From: an uncultured Acidobacteriota bacterium
GTDB taxonomy: Bacteria; Acidobacteriota; Vicinamibacteria; Vicinamibacterales; 2-12-FULL-66-21
Direction: 5' to 3'
Assembly (NCBI GenBank): GCA_963797715.1
Contig: CAWCQS010000017.1
Coordinates: 90,693-154,692, forward strand
DNA length: 64,000 nt
Numbering within the stretch: the first letter of the stretch is position 1; each line of letters opens with the position of its first letter. The notes beneath the pieces were generated by a model. The model had not been told where the DNA came from, made no database searches, and saw nothing but the letters and a program-made list of their open reading frames with translations. This document shows, piece after piece, positions 53,539-63,246 of the stretch. The translations under genes and the position numbers were made by a program.

Positions 53539-55564
53539 CCTGCCCGTCCGGAGCCTCGCGTGGCCGCGTGAAGGCGATCGTCACGATGGCGACGTGCCGG
53601 CGCACGAGTGGCTCGTCACCAATGGGCTCGGTGGCTACGCTTCGGGAACGGTCGTCGGCGCCATCACACGACGTTTTCACGGCCTCCTCATCGCAGCCTT
53701 GCCAGCACCGCTCGGCCGCGTGATGCTGCTGAACCACATCTCCGAGCGCCTGCGGTTTCGCGACTACACGAGCGAGTGGCTGGGCGCGCACGGCAGCGAG
53801 GGCCAACTCGCGCAGGCCGAAGGCGCACGCCATCTCGTCGAGTTCCGCCTCGAGGGCGGCCTGCCCGTGTGGCGCTACGCGGTGCGCGATCTCGTGATCG
53901 AACGCGCACTGCTCATGCCCTACGGGCAGAACACGGTCCACGTGACCTATCGCATAGTCGAAGGGCAAGACAGCGTGCGCCTGACCCTGCGTCCACTTCT
54001 CGGCTTCAGGCCGCACGAAGCGCCCGTCGATCGCGCACCGGCCGACTACACGTTGACCGCCCGCGATCGACGCATCGAGATCAAAGGCGACGCGGCGTTG
54101 CCGCCGCTTCGTCTCGTGTTGCACGCGACCGAGGGCGCGTTCACAGTCGACGACTACGCGATCTCCGACGTCGGCTACCTCCTCGAAAAGAATCGCGGCT
54201 ACGAACCGAGCGGCCCACTGTGGAGCGCCGGGTACTTCCGCGCGCAGCTTGCACCCGGCCGCGACGTCACCCTCATCGCCTCCACCGAAGCCTGGGAAAC
54301 GATCGCCGCCATCAATCCCGCCGACGCCGTCAGCACGGAGCACGACCGGCGATCACGCCTCATCGCCGTCGCGCATCCGGCGGCGCGAAGCGGCCCTGCT
54401 GCAGAACTGGTGCTCGCAGCCGACCAGTTTCTTGTCCGCCCATCATCGCGAGCCGACGATGAAGCGCGCGCTCGCGCAAGCGGCGGCGAGGCGAGAACGG
54501 TCATTGCCGGCTATCACTGGTTCACCGACTGGGGCCGGGACACGATGATCAGCCTCGAAGGGCTCACGCTTCTGACCGGCCGCCATGCCGAAGCGCGGGA
54601 CATCATCAGGACGTTCGCTTATCACGTGCGTGACGGCCTCATCCCCAACATGTTCCCGGAAGGCGAGCGCGAGGGCCTGTACCACACCGCCGACGCCACG
54701 CTCTGGTTCTTCCACGCGATCGATCGCTACGAGCGCCACACCGGCGACCGCCATCTCGTGCGCGAGCTGCTGCCGACGCTTGTCGGCATCGTTGATCGGC
54801 ACTTGCAGGGCACGCTCTTTGGCATTCGTGTCGACGCCGATGGCCTGCTGACGCAGGGCGCGAACGGGTATCAGCTCACGTGGATGGACGCCAAGGTGGA
54901 CGACTGGGTGGTGACGCCGCGCCGAGGCAAGGCGGTCGAGATCAACGCGCTCTGGTACAACGCGCTGTGCGTCCTCGGATCATGGCTCCGCGACAATGGC
55001 AGCGAGCGGACAGAGGAAATCGCTGGCCACGCCCGCCGGGCGTCGGAGTCGTTCAACGCCAGGTTCTGGAACCCTCACCGCGGATTCCTCTTCGACATCG
55101 TCGATGGCGAGGCCGGCAACGACGACGCGTGCCGGCCGAATCAGGTCCTCGCCATCGCGCTGCCGAATCCCGTGCTCGACCGTGCTCGATGGGAACCCGT
55201 GCTCCACGCCGTGACCAGGTACCTGCTGACGCCAGTCGGTCTGCGATCGCTGTCGCCCGATCACCGCGACTACAAAGCCAGGTATTTCGGCGACCTGCGC
55301 ACCCGCGACGCGGCCTATCACCAAGGCACTGTCTGGACGTGGCTCATCGGGCCCTTCGTCGACGCCTGGCTGGCACTCCATCCAGACGACGTCGCCGGCG
55401 CTCGCCGCTTGGTCGATCGATTGATCGACCACCTGAACGATGCCTGTGTCGGATCGATCAGCGAGATCTTCGATGCCGAGCCGCCGTTCACGCCGCGTGG
55501 GTGCATCGCGCAGGCGTGGAGCGTCGCTGAAGTGCTGCGGTGCCTGGTGAGAACTGCGGACTGA
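53525..55564 (+). CDS. amylo-alpha-1,6-glucosidase family glycogen debranching enzyme (GDE_N + GDE_C)
   Basis: Intact 679 aa with the motifs EWLVTNGLGGYASGTVVGAITRRFHGLL, AGYHWFTDWGRDTMISLEGL, IPNMFPEGEREGLYHTADATLWFFHAI and GYQLTWMDAKVDDWVVTPRRGKAVEINALWYNAL. The start overlaps the treZ 3' end by 14 nt. Confidence 0.85.
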   Translation: MAAGDLPVRSLAWPREGDRHDGDVPAHEWLVTNGLGGYASGTVVGAITRRFHGLLIAALPAPLGRVMLLNHISERLRFRDYTSEWLGAHGSEGQLAQAEGARHLVEFRLEGGLPVWRYAVRDLVIERALLMPYGQNTVHVTYRIVEGQDSVRLTLRPLLGFRPHEAPVDRAPADYTLTARDRRIEIKGDAALPPLRLVLHATEGAFTVDDYAISDVGYLLEKNRGYEPSGPLWSAGYFRAQLAPGRDVTLIASTEAWETIAAINPADAVSTEHDRRSRLIAVAHPAARSGPAAELVLAADQFLVRPSSRADDEARARASGGEARTVIAGYHWFTDWGRDTMISLEGLTLLTGRHAEARDIIRTFAYHVRDGLIPNMFPEGEREGLYHTADATLWFFHAIDRYERHTGDRHLVRELLPTLVGIVDRHLQGTLFGIRVDADGLLTQGANGYQLTWMDAKVDDWVVTPRRGKAVEINALWYNALCVLGSWLRDNGSERTEEIAGHARRASESFNARFWNPHRGFLFDIVDGEAGNDDACRPNQVLAIALPNPVLDRARWEPVLHAVTRYLLTPVGLRSLSPDHRDYKARYFGDLRTRDAAYHQGTVWTWLIGPFVDAWLALHPDDVAGARRLVDRLIDHLNDACVGSISEIFDAEPPFTPRGCIAQAWSVAEVLRCLVRTAD

Positions 55565-55576
55565 CGCGACCAGGGC

Positions 55577-57595
55577 TTACCGGCGGCCGACTGCGAGCAC
55601 GTCTCGAACGATCCGCAGCAGCTGGCCGGCGTCGACGGGCTTGGCGCAGTAGCTGTTGTAACCGGCGTCCATCGCGCGCTTGCGATCCTGGGGACGGGCG
55701 TAGGCGCTGACGGCAATTGCAGGGACGCGCGGATGGCGTTCGCGCACGCGGCGGATCAGTTCGTAGCCGTCGATTTCGGGCATCGCGATATCGGCAATCA
55801 GCAGGTCGGGCTGACGAGCCGCCAGCGACTGCATGGCATCCACGGCGCAGGTGTAGCCCAGCACGCGCGCGCCCGTGCGCGTCAGGAGCTCCGCCAGCAG
55901 ATCTCCCGAGTCCGGCTGGTCGTCGACGACCACGATCGTGGTGCCATCGAGGCGAAGTTCGGGCTGGCGGCGCTCGACAGTGCTCAGCCGGGGATCGATG
56001 GCCGGTACGTTGGCCCCAGGCAACTGAATTCGAATCGTTGTTCCCTGGCCCTGACCGGCGCTGTGCGCTTCAATCGTGCCGCCGTGGGCCTCGATGATGT
56101 GGCGGGCGATGGCAAGCCCGAGGCCGAGGCCGCCCTGCTTTCTCGTCGCGCGGCTGTCGCCCTGGCGGAACCGATCGAAGACATACGGCAGAAACTCTGG
56201 CGCGATCCCCGCGCCGGAATCCGTGAACTCGACGAGCGTACCGTCGCCGTAAGACTCACAGGTGACGGCGATCGTTCCGCCGTCGGGGGTGAACTTGATC
56301 GCGTTCGAGAGCACGTTGCTGAACACCTGCTGCAGGCGCTGCGGATCCCCTTCGGCGGGCGGTAGATCGTCGGCGATGAGGCGACTGACGAGAATGTGCC
56401 TGGCATCGGCCGCCGGCAGCAGGCCGCTGATGACGGTGTCGAGCAGCTGCCCGGCGTGGACGGGCGCGCGGTCGATCTCGAGCTTGCCCGAGATGATCCG
56501 TGATACGTCGAGGATGTCCTCGATGAGCTGCGCCTGCAGTCGCGCGTTCCGGCCGATGACGTCGAGCGCCTGTCGAATCCGCTCGGGCGACAGCCCGTCT
56601 CCCTTGACGATCTGGACCCACCCGAGGATCGCGTTGAGCGGAGTGCGGAGCTCATGCGAAAGCGTGGCCAGGAACTCGTCCTTGAGCCGGTTGCCTTCCT
56701 CGGCCGATGCGAGCCTGGCGAGCTCCGCCTCCTTGCGGCGGGTCACGATCAAGCAGACACCGGACATACGCACCGGACGGGAGCCGTCGTACTCAACCCG
56801 ACCCTTGCCTTCGACCCATCGCACCGTTCCGTCCGGGGCAACCATGCGGTATTCGACGTCGTACGGCACGCCGTGCTCGATGGCGCGGCGCGCGGCGAGC
56901 AGCACGCGCTCGCGATCGTCAGGATGGATTTCGCGTTCGTAACTGCCGAAGGAGCCATCGAACGTACCCGGCGGCAGGCCGTGAAGCCCCTCGAGGTTGT
57001 CTGACCATTCGACGGCATGCGATGCGAGATCCCAGTCCCACGTTCCCATCGCGGCGGCATCGAGGGCAAAACGCAGGCGCGCCTCGCTCCGTCGCGCGCT
57101 CTCCTCGGCTCGGGTCCGTTCCACGGCGAACGCCACCTGCGCCGCGATCACGCCGGCGAGTTGCAGATCGTCGGCTGACAACTCTTGCGGTTCGCCGTAA
57201 TACAACATGAACTTGCCGATGACGCGCCCGAGTCTCACGAGCGGGATGAACGCCATTGCCGCAATGCCTTCCGCTTCGATCGTCGCCAGGAAGGGCCGCA
57301 ACGACTCTTCCTCGCGTACGTTCGAGACCACGATGGGCTGGGCGTCAACGGTGTCCGATGTCCAGGGGGTGTGGCCCTCGACGGCGGCGCGGTAGGCGTC
57401 GGCGAGCCCCCGCCACGCCTTGAAGCGCATCACGCCATCGGCATCGAACAGAAGAATGGACGCCCGTGACACACCCAGACCGCTCTCGAGGGCATCGAGC
57501 GCCGCATTGTAGATCTGGTCTGTGGTCTGGCTACGGCTGATGGCCGCGGTCAGTTCAAGACAGACCGCGAGTTTCTGGTTTTCGATTGTCAGCAT
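55577..57595 (-). CDS. hybrid sensor histidine kinase / response regulator (GAF-PAS-HisKA-HATPase_c-REC), cytoplasmic
   Basis: 672 aa with no TM segment. It has a GAF-like N-terminus and a PAS segment (WDWDLASHAVEWSDNLEGLHG...HPDDRERV). The H-box is FLATLSHELRTPLNAILGW, followed by GGLGLGLAIARHIIEAHGG. The REC domain is IVVVDDQPDS...LLIADIAMPEIDGYEL...YCAKP. Confidence 0.85.
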   Translation of the reverse strand: MLTIENQKLAVCLELTAAISRSQTTDQIYNAALDALESGLGVSRASILLFDADGVMRFKAWRGLADAYRAAVEGHTPWTSDTVDAQPIVVSNVREEESLRPFLATIEAEGIAAMAFIPLVRLGRVIGKFMLYYGEPQELSADDLQLAGVIAAQVAFAVERTRAEESARRSEARLRFALDAAAMGTWDWDLASHAVEWSDNLEGLHGLPPGTFDGSFGSYEREIHPDDRERVLLAARRAIEHGVPYDVEYRMVAPDGTVRWVEGKGRVEYDGSRPVRMSGVCLIVTRRKEAELARLASAEEGNRLKDEFLATLSHELRTPLNAILGWVQIVKGDGLSPERIRQALDVIGRNARLQAQLIEDILDVSRIISGKLEIDRAPVHAGQLLDTVISGLLPAADARHILVSRLIADDLPPAEGDPQRLQQVFSNVLSNAIKFTPDGGTIAVTCESYGDGTLVEFTDSGAGIAPEFLPYVFDRFRQGDSRATRKQGGLGLGLAIARHIIEAHGGTIEAHSAGQGQGTTIRIQLPGANVPAIDPRLSTVERRQPELRLDGTTIVVVDDQPDSGDLLAELLTRTGARVLGYTCAVDAMQSLAARQPDLLIADIAMPEIDGYELIRRVRERHPRVPAIAVSAYARPQDRKRAMDAGYNSYCAKPVDAGQLLRIVRDVLAVGRR

Positions 57596-57734
57596 CGGGG
57601 CTCGCGCAACTCATGCATGTCGGGGGCCAGTTGAGTTCCGCGGGCACGGCGCGTGCTTTGACGTCCATGGCGCGAGAACAGCAACGCACCTGCTTAATGA
57701 CGTGTACCGCATTGATACACGTCGCCTTCTTGGA

Positions 57735-58337
57735 ATGACGCCCAATAGTTCACTACCAGACGCTCCCACCATCGAAGTGGAAGAGGACTACCCTTTCCAG
57801 CGTTTCGACTGGCGAGCGCAACGCTACGGTCTCATCGCGCTCGCCATCGCAGTCGCAGCCACAGCAGCCTTTCGCGACGGCTCGGTGGCGACCCTGGTCC
57901 GAGTAACGACCATCTACGTCTTCCTGCTGATGCTGTTTCGGCTGGCTGGCAAACGGTCACTGGCGCAGATGACGAGCTTCGACCTCGTCCTCGTGATGGT
58001 CATCGGCGATGCCACTCAGCAAGCGTTGATCGGTGATGACTTCACCATTGGTACCGCCCTCGTGGCGGTCACCTGGCTCGTCCTGCTCGACGTTGCGTTC
58101 GGTTACGCCAAGTCCCGCTGGGCTGGAGTCGACCGGATGATGGACGGGTTGCCGGTCGTACTCGTCGACCGTGGCACGCCGCTCCTCGATCGCATGGCCA
58201 AAGAGGGGATCGACATCGGTGACATCCTCGCCGCCGGCCGCGAGCAGCACGGCCTTCGGCGGGTGAGCGACATCGACTTTGCCGTCCTCGAGCGGAGCGG
58301 CGGACTGTCCATCATTCCGGGAAAGCGCTCGTCGTGA
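57735..58337 (+). CDS. DUF421 (YetF-like) membrane protein
   Basis: The start is ATG 57735. The sequence runs IYVFLLMLFRLAGKRSLAQMTSFDLVLVMVIGDATQQAL into the C-terminal domain LPVVLVDRGTPLLDRMAKEGIDIGDILAAGREQ. Confidence 0.75.
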   Translation: MTPNSSLPDAPTIEVEEDYPFQRFDWRAQRYGLIALAIAVAATAAFRDGSVATLVRVTTIYVFLLMLFRLAGKRSLAQMTSFDLVLVMVIGDATQQALIGDDFTIGTALVAVTWLVLLDVAFGYAKSRWAGVDRMMDGLPVVLVDRGTPLLDRMAKEGIDIGDILAAGREQHGLRRVSDIDFAVLERSGGLSIIPGKRSS

Positions 58338-59249
58338 CACTCATGGACCCGGTGCGGCTGACGCTGACCTTGCGCTTCCTCAAGCGCGCAGTGGCGGCGT
58401 GGTGGAACGACAACGCCATTCGCCTCGGGGCATCGCTCTCCTACTACACGCTGTTCGCGCTCGCGCCGATGCTGCTCGTCGCGATTGCCATCGCCGGCAG
58501 CGCCTTCGGCGAAGAGGCCGTACGCGGCGAGATCGTCGGACAGGTCAACGGCCTTATCGGCAACGAAGGAGGAGTCGCCGTCCAGGCGTTGCTGAAGGGC
58601 GCGGCGCTTCGCGGCGACAGCACGTTGGCCACGATTATCGGCAGCATCACGTTCTTCTTCGCTGCGTGCGGCGCGTTTCTCGAGCTCCAGTCCGCGTTCA
58701 ATACCATTTGGCGCGTGACGCCCTCGCCCTCGAACGGCGGCCAGATCAAGGAGTTCGTCACTCGATCGCATCCGGTCCTTCGGCCTCGTCGTCGCGATTG
58801 GATTCCTGTTGATGGTGTCGCTCGCGGTGAGCGCCGCGCTGGCCGCGTTCGGCAGCTGGCTGCAACGGTGGGCGCCAGGTATGCCGGTCGTGCTCAACCT
58901 GCTCAACTCCGTCGTGTCGCTCGCGGTGACGTCGGCACTCTTCGCGATGCTCTTCAAGTTCCTGCCGGATGTCGAGCTCTCGTGGCCGGATGTCGCAACG
59001 GGCGCGCTCGTGACGGCGCTGCTCTTTTCCGTGGGAAAGAACGTGATCGGCCTTTACATCGGCCACAGCGCCACTGCCTCGGCCTACGGCGCCGCCGGAT
59101 CGGTCCTGGTGTTGCTCTTGTGGGTGTATTACACGTCGCAGATCGTGCTCGTCGGCGCAGAATTCACGAGGCTCTATGCTGAGAGGGTGCGAGGTCCCGT
59201 GAGCCCGTCGTCTTTTGCCGAACGCACACCGCGAAAGGTCACGGCCTGA
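58334..59249 (+). pseudogene. YihY/BrkB (ribonuclease BN-like) family membrane protein, one frameshift
   Basis: ORF 58334..59182 reads RFLKRAVAAWWNDNAIRLGASLSYYTLFALAPMLLVAIAI. ORF 58809..59249 reads GFLLMVSLAVSAALA...LFAMLFKFLPDVELSWPDVATGALVTALLFSVGKNVIGLYI...GAAGSVLVLLLWVYYTSQIVLVGAEFT. Deleting one base near 58760 gives ...EFVLDRIRSFGLVVAIGFLLMV. The GTG start overlaps the DUF421 stop. Confidence 0.8.
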
Positions 59250-59255
59250 CGCGGC

Positions 59256-59945
59256 TCACCGCGAGGCGCGCATGTTGCTCGCGACCGGCTCGCCGTCGAC
59301 GCTGACGTAGTCGTAGGTCATGCTGAACGTCGACGGACCGAAGAACTTCACCTTGGCGGTGGAGTGGAGGGACACGGGAAGAACGGCGTCGCTGTGGATA
59401 CGCTCGTACTGCCAGTCGACGTCAACCTGAGACACCCAGAAGGACGGGCTCTTTGCCAGCCTGCCCATCATTCGCACAGGATCGCCGGTAGCCGGCTGCA
59501 GAAACAGGCTGCCAAAAATCAGACTGACGTCCTTGCGCCGTGGACGTAGTGGCACGCGCATCAGGCCGGAAGCGTCGAGCTCTGGTTCGGCGCACTCATA
59601 CGTTGGTTGACTGGAGTCCGAGCCCGAGTGACGCTTGGCGACCAGCTCCTGTTCGCTCTCGAGCGCCGCGCGCAGGACCTTGTTGCGGATCTGTTCGGAA
59701 CCGCCCTCGTTGAGGAATTCGATGACAAGCGAGCCCTCGCTGCTGAAAGTGGTCTTGACTTCAAGCCACCCTTGGCGGCCGCTTCGCTCGTTCTCCGCCT
59801 CGAGCCGCCGCAACGCCACATACGGCCGCTGCGGCAACGCGAACGCGGCACTGTCGACGCAGGTGCGCGCTCGAGGTTCCGCGGCCGGACCTGAGGCGCC
59901 CCACACGAGGAGCATCGCGACAACTGGTAGAAGATAGCGCCTCAT
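59256..59945 (-). CDS. hypothetical exported protein
   Basis: The start is ATG 59945, preceded by GGAGG (MRRYLLPVVAMLLVWGASGPAAE, a signal peptide). It is about 229 aa and beta-rich. The longer ORF 59256..60362 upstream part overlaps the Gfo/Idh/MocA gene and a strong hairpin. Confidence 0.55.
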   Translation of the reverse strand: MRRYLLPVVAMLLVWGASGPAAEPRARTCVDSAAFALPQRPYVALRRLEAENERSGRQGWLEVKTTFSSEGSLVIEFLNEGGSEQIRNKVLRAALESEQELVAKRHSGSDSSQPTYECAEPELDASGLMRVPLRPRRKDVSLIFGSLFLQPATGDPVRMMGRLAKSPSFWVSQVDVDWQYERIHSDAVLPVSLHSTAKVKFFGPSTFSMTYDYVSVDGEPVASNMRASR

Positions 59946-60010
59946 CGTTGCAACCTCCGCGACCGCTTCGAGCCTTCCGGGCCGGAGAGACTGCAGACGG
60001 TGTGCCAGCA

Positions 60011-60038
60011 GCCGGCCGAGCTCAAGAGCTCGGCCGGC
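60011..60038 (-). terminator. perfect 13-bp GC-rich hairpin after the three-gene oxidoreductase operon
   Basis: GCCGGCCGAGCTC-AA-GAGCTCGGCCGGC lies 14 nt downstream of the stop at 60052..60054 on the minus strand. The loop is very short, so the inner pairs must open. There is no U-tract on the minus strand. Confidence 0.45.
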
Positions 60039-60051
60039 GTTGCATGCTTTC

Positions 60052-61161
60052 TCAGGAATGCGGCGCTTCTGCGTGGACCGTTTGCGGCTTCTCGACTGGT
60101 GGGCGGCGAATCGCCTGGTCGACTCCGGGCTGCCGCACGGGTTCGTAGGGCGGTAATTCCACAGCTCTGCCGATCTCGGCCGACTCGTAAAGCGAGGTGA
60201 CAATGCGCACGTCCTGCAGTCCCTCTTCACCGGACGGCTCGGGCTCGGTCCCTTCGAGCACGCATGTCGAGAAGTAGATGAGCTCGCCTGCGAACTGATC
60301 GCGTTTGCCGGACTTGTGCCTTGTCGTGCGGCCATCGATGGTGAGCTCGTACGCAAGCCCATCGGCGTACTCGTACGCTGGCTCCATCTTCAGCCGTCCC
60401 TTGGTGCCGAGCACTTCGTACCAGCTGACGTCGGCGGCGTTGAAGCTGGTCACAAAGCTCGCGAGTCGTCCGTTGTCGAACCGCAGGATCGCCGATGTCG
60501 TTTCGTCGATCTCGGGCAACCGCTCTCGGTCGGTGTTGACCGAGCTCGCCATCACTTCAATCGGCTCGGCTTTGAAGAGATGCCGAGCGGCGTTGATGCA
60601 GTAGACGCCGATGTCGTAGAGCGTACCCCCGCCCAACTTGCGCTGCGTCCGAATGTCGCCAGGACGTACCCGCATCGAAAACGTCGAGTTGAAGAGCTTC
60701 GGATCGCCCAGCGCGCCCTCCGACACGAGCTCGATCGCCTTGAGCGTCTCGTGCTCGAAGTGCAGGCGATACGCGATCATGAGCCTGACGTCGGTCGCCT
60801 GAGCCGCTGCGATCATCCGCTCGCATTCCTCGACGGTCACCGCCATGGGCTTCTCGCACAGCACGTGTACGCCAGCCTCGGCCGCCCTGATCGCGTACTC
60901 GGCGTGCATCGAGTTGGGAAGAGCGATGTACACCGCATCGACCTCCTCGAGGCAGCGGTCGTACTCCTCGTACATGAACGCGTGTGGCACGGCATATTTC
61001 CGCGTCAGCGTCGAAAGCTTCTCGGCATCGCCGCTGACGAGCGCGGTGAGACGAGAGTTCTCTGTCGCGTGTTCAAACGCCGGCAGCACCGCCACCTGGG
61101 CGATGTGACCCAGCCCAACGACGGCATAGCGGACCCTTCCGTTAGTGGGTGTGCGAGGCAT
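60052..61161 (-). CDS. Gfo/Idh/MocA family NAD(P)-dependent oxidoreductase
   Basis: Intact 369 aa with the motifs [52 protein letters not shown] and [18 protein letters not shown]. Confidence 0.85.
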   Translation of the reverse strand: MPRTPTNGRVRYAVVGLGHIAQVAVLPAFEHATENSRLTALVSGDAEKLSTLTRKYAVPHAFMYEEYDRCLEEVDAVYIALPNSMHAEYAIRAAEAGVHVLCEKPMAVTVEECERMIAAAQATDVRLMIAYRLHFEHETLKAIELVSEGALGDPKLFNSTFSMRVRPGDIRTQRKLGGGTLYDIGVYCINAARHLFKAEPIEVMASSVNTDRERLPEIDETTSAILRFDNGRLASFVTSFNAADVSWYEVLGTKGRLKMEPAYEYADGLAYELTIDGRTTRHKSGKRDQFAGELIYFSTCVLEGTEPEPSGEEGLQDVRIVTSLYESAEIGRAVELPPYEPVRQPGVDQAIRRPPVEKPQTVHAEAPHS

Positions 61162-62356
61162 GTTGCACGCTCCCTCTGTGGTTGTGCCCAGGCTTGATCA
61201 CGACCTTGATGCAGTCGCCCTGCTTGTCTCTGAACGTGCGATACATGCCGGGCACATCGTCGAGCCCGACGCGATGGGTGATGACGAAGGACGGGTCAAT
61301 TTCACCCTTCTCAATGCGGCCGAGGAGCAGCGGCAAGTACTTATGCATGTGGGTCTGACCCATCTTGAGCGTCAGGCCCTTGGCGAATGCGGCACCCAGC
61401 GGGAACTTGTCGAGCCAGCCGCCGTATACGCCGGGAATCGACACCGTGCCGCCCTTTCGGCAGGCGCCGATCGCCTGACGCAGCGCGTGTATGCGATCGG
61501 TTGCGAGGTACATCGACGTCTTGACCCGGTCGTACCATGCGTCAAGCGTCCTGCCGTGCGCTTCGAGCCCGACCGCGTCGATGCAGGCATCAGGTCCCTG
61601 TCCGCCGGTTCGTGCTCGCAGCTCGTCGTAGACGTCAGTCTCGGTGTAGTTGATCGTCTCGGCCTTGCCCTGAGCGGCAGCCATCGCCAGGCGCTCCGGG
61701 AATCGGTCGATCGCGATCACCCGTTCGGCGCCGAGAAGATACGCGCTCTTGATCGCGAACTGTCCCACCGGACCGCAGCCCCACACGGCAATCGTGTCGC
61801 CCGGCGCAATCGAGCAGTTCTCCGCCGCCATGTAGCCGGTCGGAAAGATGTCGGAGAGAAAGAGCACTTGCTCGTCCGTGAGCGAATCGGGCACCTTGAT
61901 CGGCCCGACATCGGCGAACGGCACGCGCGCGTACTCGGCCTGGCCGCCGGCGTACCCTCCATACATGTGGGAGTAACCGAACAGGCCGGACGGTGTGTAG
62001 CCGCTGGTTTTTTCGACCATCCAGGCATTGGGGTTCGAATTGTCGCAGAGCGACCACAACTGCTTCTTGCAGAAAAAGCAATACCCGCAGGCGATCGTGA
62101 ACGGCACGACGACGCGGTCGCCAACGGCGAGGCGTTTGTTCTCGGGTCCGACTTCGACGACCTCGCCCATGAACTCATGGCCGAGCACGTCGCCCTTCTG
62201 CATGGTCGGGATGTACCCGTCGTAGATGTGCAGATCGGACCCGCAGATGGCGCTGGCCGTGATCTTCACGACCGCATCTCGCGGATTGATGATCTCGGGA
62301 TCGGGTACGGTTTCGACGCGTAGATCTTCTTTTCCGTAGTAACGAACGGCTTTCAT
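61142..62356 (-). CDS. zinc-dependent alcohol dehydrogenase family protein (glutathione-independent formaldehyde dehydrogenase-like)
   Basis: The start is ATG 62356 ([20 protein letters not shown]). The motifs are [21 protein letters not shown], the structural-zinc cysteines [15 protein letters not shown], and the Rossmann motif [11 protein letters not shown]. The 113 codons upstream in ORF 61142..62695 overlap the SRPBCC gene and are rejected. Confidence 0.85.
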   Translation of the reverse strand: MKAVRYYGKEDLRVETVPDPEIINPRDAVVKITASAICGSDLHIYDGYIPTMQKGDVLGHEFMGEVVEVGPENKRLAVGDRVVVPFTIACGYCFFCKKQLWSLCDNSNPNAWMVEKTSGYTPSGLFGYSHMYGGYAGGQAEYARVPFADVGPIKVPDSLTDEQVLFLSDIFPTGYMAAENCSIAPGDTIAVWGCGPVGQFAIKSAYLLGAERVIAIDRFPERLAMAAAQGKAETINYTETDVYDELRARTGGQGPDACIDAVGLEAHGRTLDAWYDRVKTSMYLATDRIHALRQAIGACRKGGTVSIPGVYGGWLDKFPLGAAFAKGLTLKMGQTHMHKYLPLLLGRIEKGEIDPSFVITHRVGLDDVPGMYRTFRDKQGDCIKVVIKPGHNHRGSVQHASHTH

Positions 62357-63114
62357 TGGTGGACACCTGCAGAGCGATGGTTGATGGCGGTAGGAATCTC
62401 GCCTGCCTCGAGCAACTGCTTGAAGCGGCGCAAGTCTTCCCGAATGGTTTGCGATGGCTCGCGCCCGAAGAGCTGTGCGACGAGAGCGGCGGCGCGCCCA
62501 GCTGGCGGCGCGTATTGGAGATGCACCGACACTTGCGTACCCTGGCCGTTTCGACCGCTGTCGAAATTGACCGATCCCGCCATCGTCACGAACGAGCCTG
62601 GCAACGTGCGCCAGCCGATGACCTTGTTCTCGACTTCGTTGATGATCTCGGCGTCCCACTCGACGCGCATACCCGCCGGGCCCTTTGCCACCCAATGCGA
62701 GCGGCCCTCACCGAGGTCGTCGACGCGCTCGAGGTAGGTCATGAAGCGCGGCAGGTTCCCGAACCGTCGCCAGAAGCGGTACATCTCATCCACCGGCTTC
62801 TCCAGCCGTACGGCTTCGCGCACGTGAATGCCGCGATCGCCGGCGAGCGCCTCGCGCGTTTCCGATTGGTTGGCGGTGCTGACCCCAAGGCTGGAGTAGA
62901 CAGGACAGTGTCCGGTCAGCCCGCGATAGACGAGCGCCGTTCCCGCAGCCGACCACAGCGTCCGGGCGCGAGAGCGGCTGCTCAGCCCGTATGCGATCGC
63001 GACGGCTCCTGACGCCAGAGAACTCCACCGTTCGAGCTCGGCCACGTTCGTCCGGCGACGCACGTGACCACGACGCCTGATATTCAGTTCGCCGGGTGCT
63101 TGCGTTACATCCAT
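62353..63114 (-). CDS. SRPBCC (cyclase/dehydrase) family protein with N-terminal DUF2892-like membrane hairpin
   Basis: 253 aa. The sequence runs [17 protein letters not shown]...[20 protein letters not shown], then [24 protein letters not shown]...[32 protein letters not shown]. The stop overlaps the ADH start (ATGA). Confidence 0.8.
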   Translation of the reverse strand: MDVTQAPGELNIRRRGHVRRRTNVAELERWSSLASGAVAIAYGLSSRSRARTLWSAAGTALVYRGLTGHCPVYSSLGVSTANQSETREALAGDRGIHVREAVRLEKPVDEMYRFWRRFGNLPRFMTYLERVDDLGEGRSHWVAKGPAGMRVEWDAEIINEVENKVIGWRTLPGSFVTMAGSVNFDSGRNGQGTQVSVHLQYAPPAGRAAALVAQLFGREPSQTIREDLRRFKQLLEAGEIPTAINHRSAGVHQ

Positions 63115-63246
63115 AGGTTCGCTCCTACACTCGCTGATTCATCCATGACCCACGACGCGACTGCTGCGTAGCAGACACTGGGGATTCATGTAACCGTGCA
63201 CGGCGCGTACCGAACGCGGCGGCGAAGTTGCAACTCTGCGGTCGCG

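Noticed and set aside
51508-54343. Long antisense ORFs opposite treZ and the debranching enzyme (51508..53466, 652 aa; 53324..54343, 339 aa). The same applies to others such as 14424..16052, 16145..17395, 3909..5069, 8550..9389, 28319..28912 and 29517..30620.
   Set aside because: These are typical high-GC shadow ORFs. They are R/A/G/P-rich and low-complexity, carry no recognisable motifs, and each lies opposite a gene with strong family signatures.
57699-57723. Perfect 8-bp hairpin GACGTGTA-N9-TACACGTC, 11 nt upstream of the DUF421 start codon.
   Set aside because: It is too small and isolated to call a riboswitch or attenuator. There is no conserved flanking structure and no recognisable SD sequence for it to sequester.
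62031-62043. GGGTTCGAATTG, reminiscent of a tRNA T-arm (GGTTCGAAT).
   Set aside because: It lies inside the well-supported Zn-ADH coding sequence, and no acceptor, D or anticodon arms can be drawn around it. I saw no other tRNA-like cloverleaf candidates in the intergenic regions.
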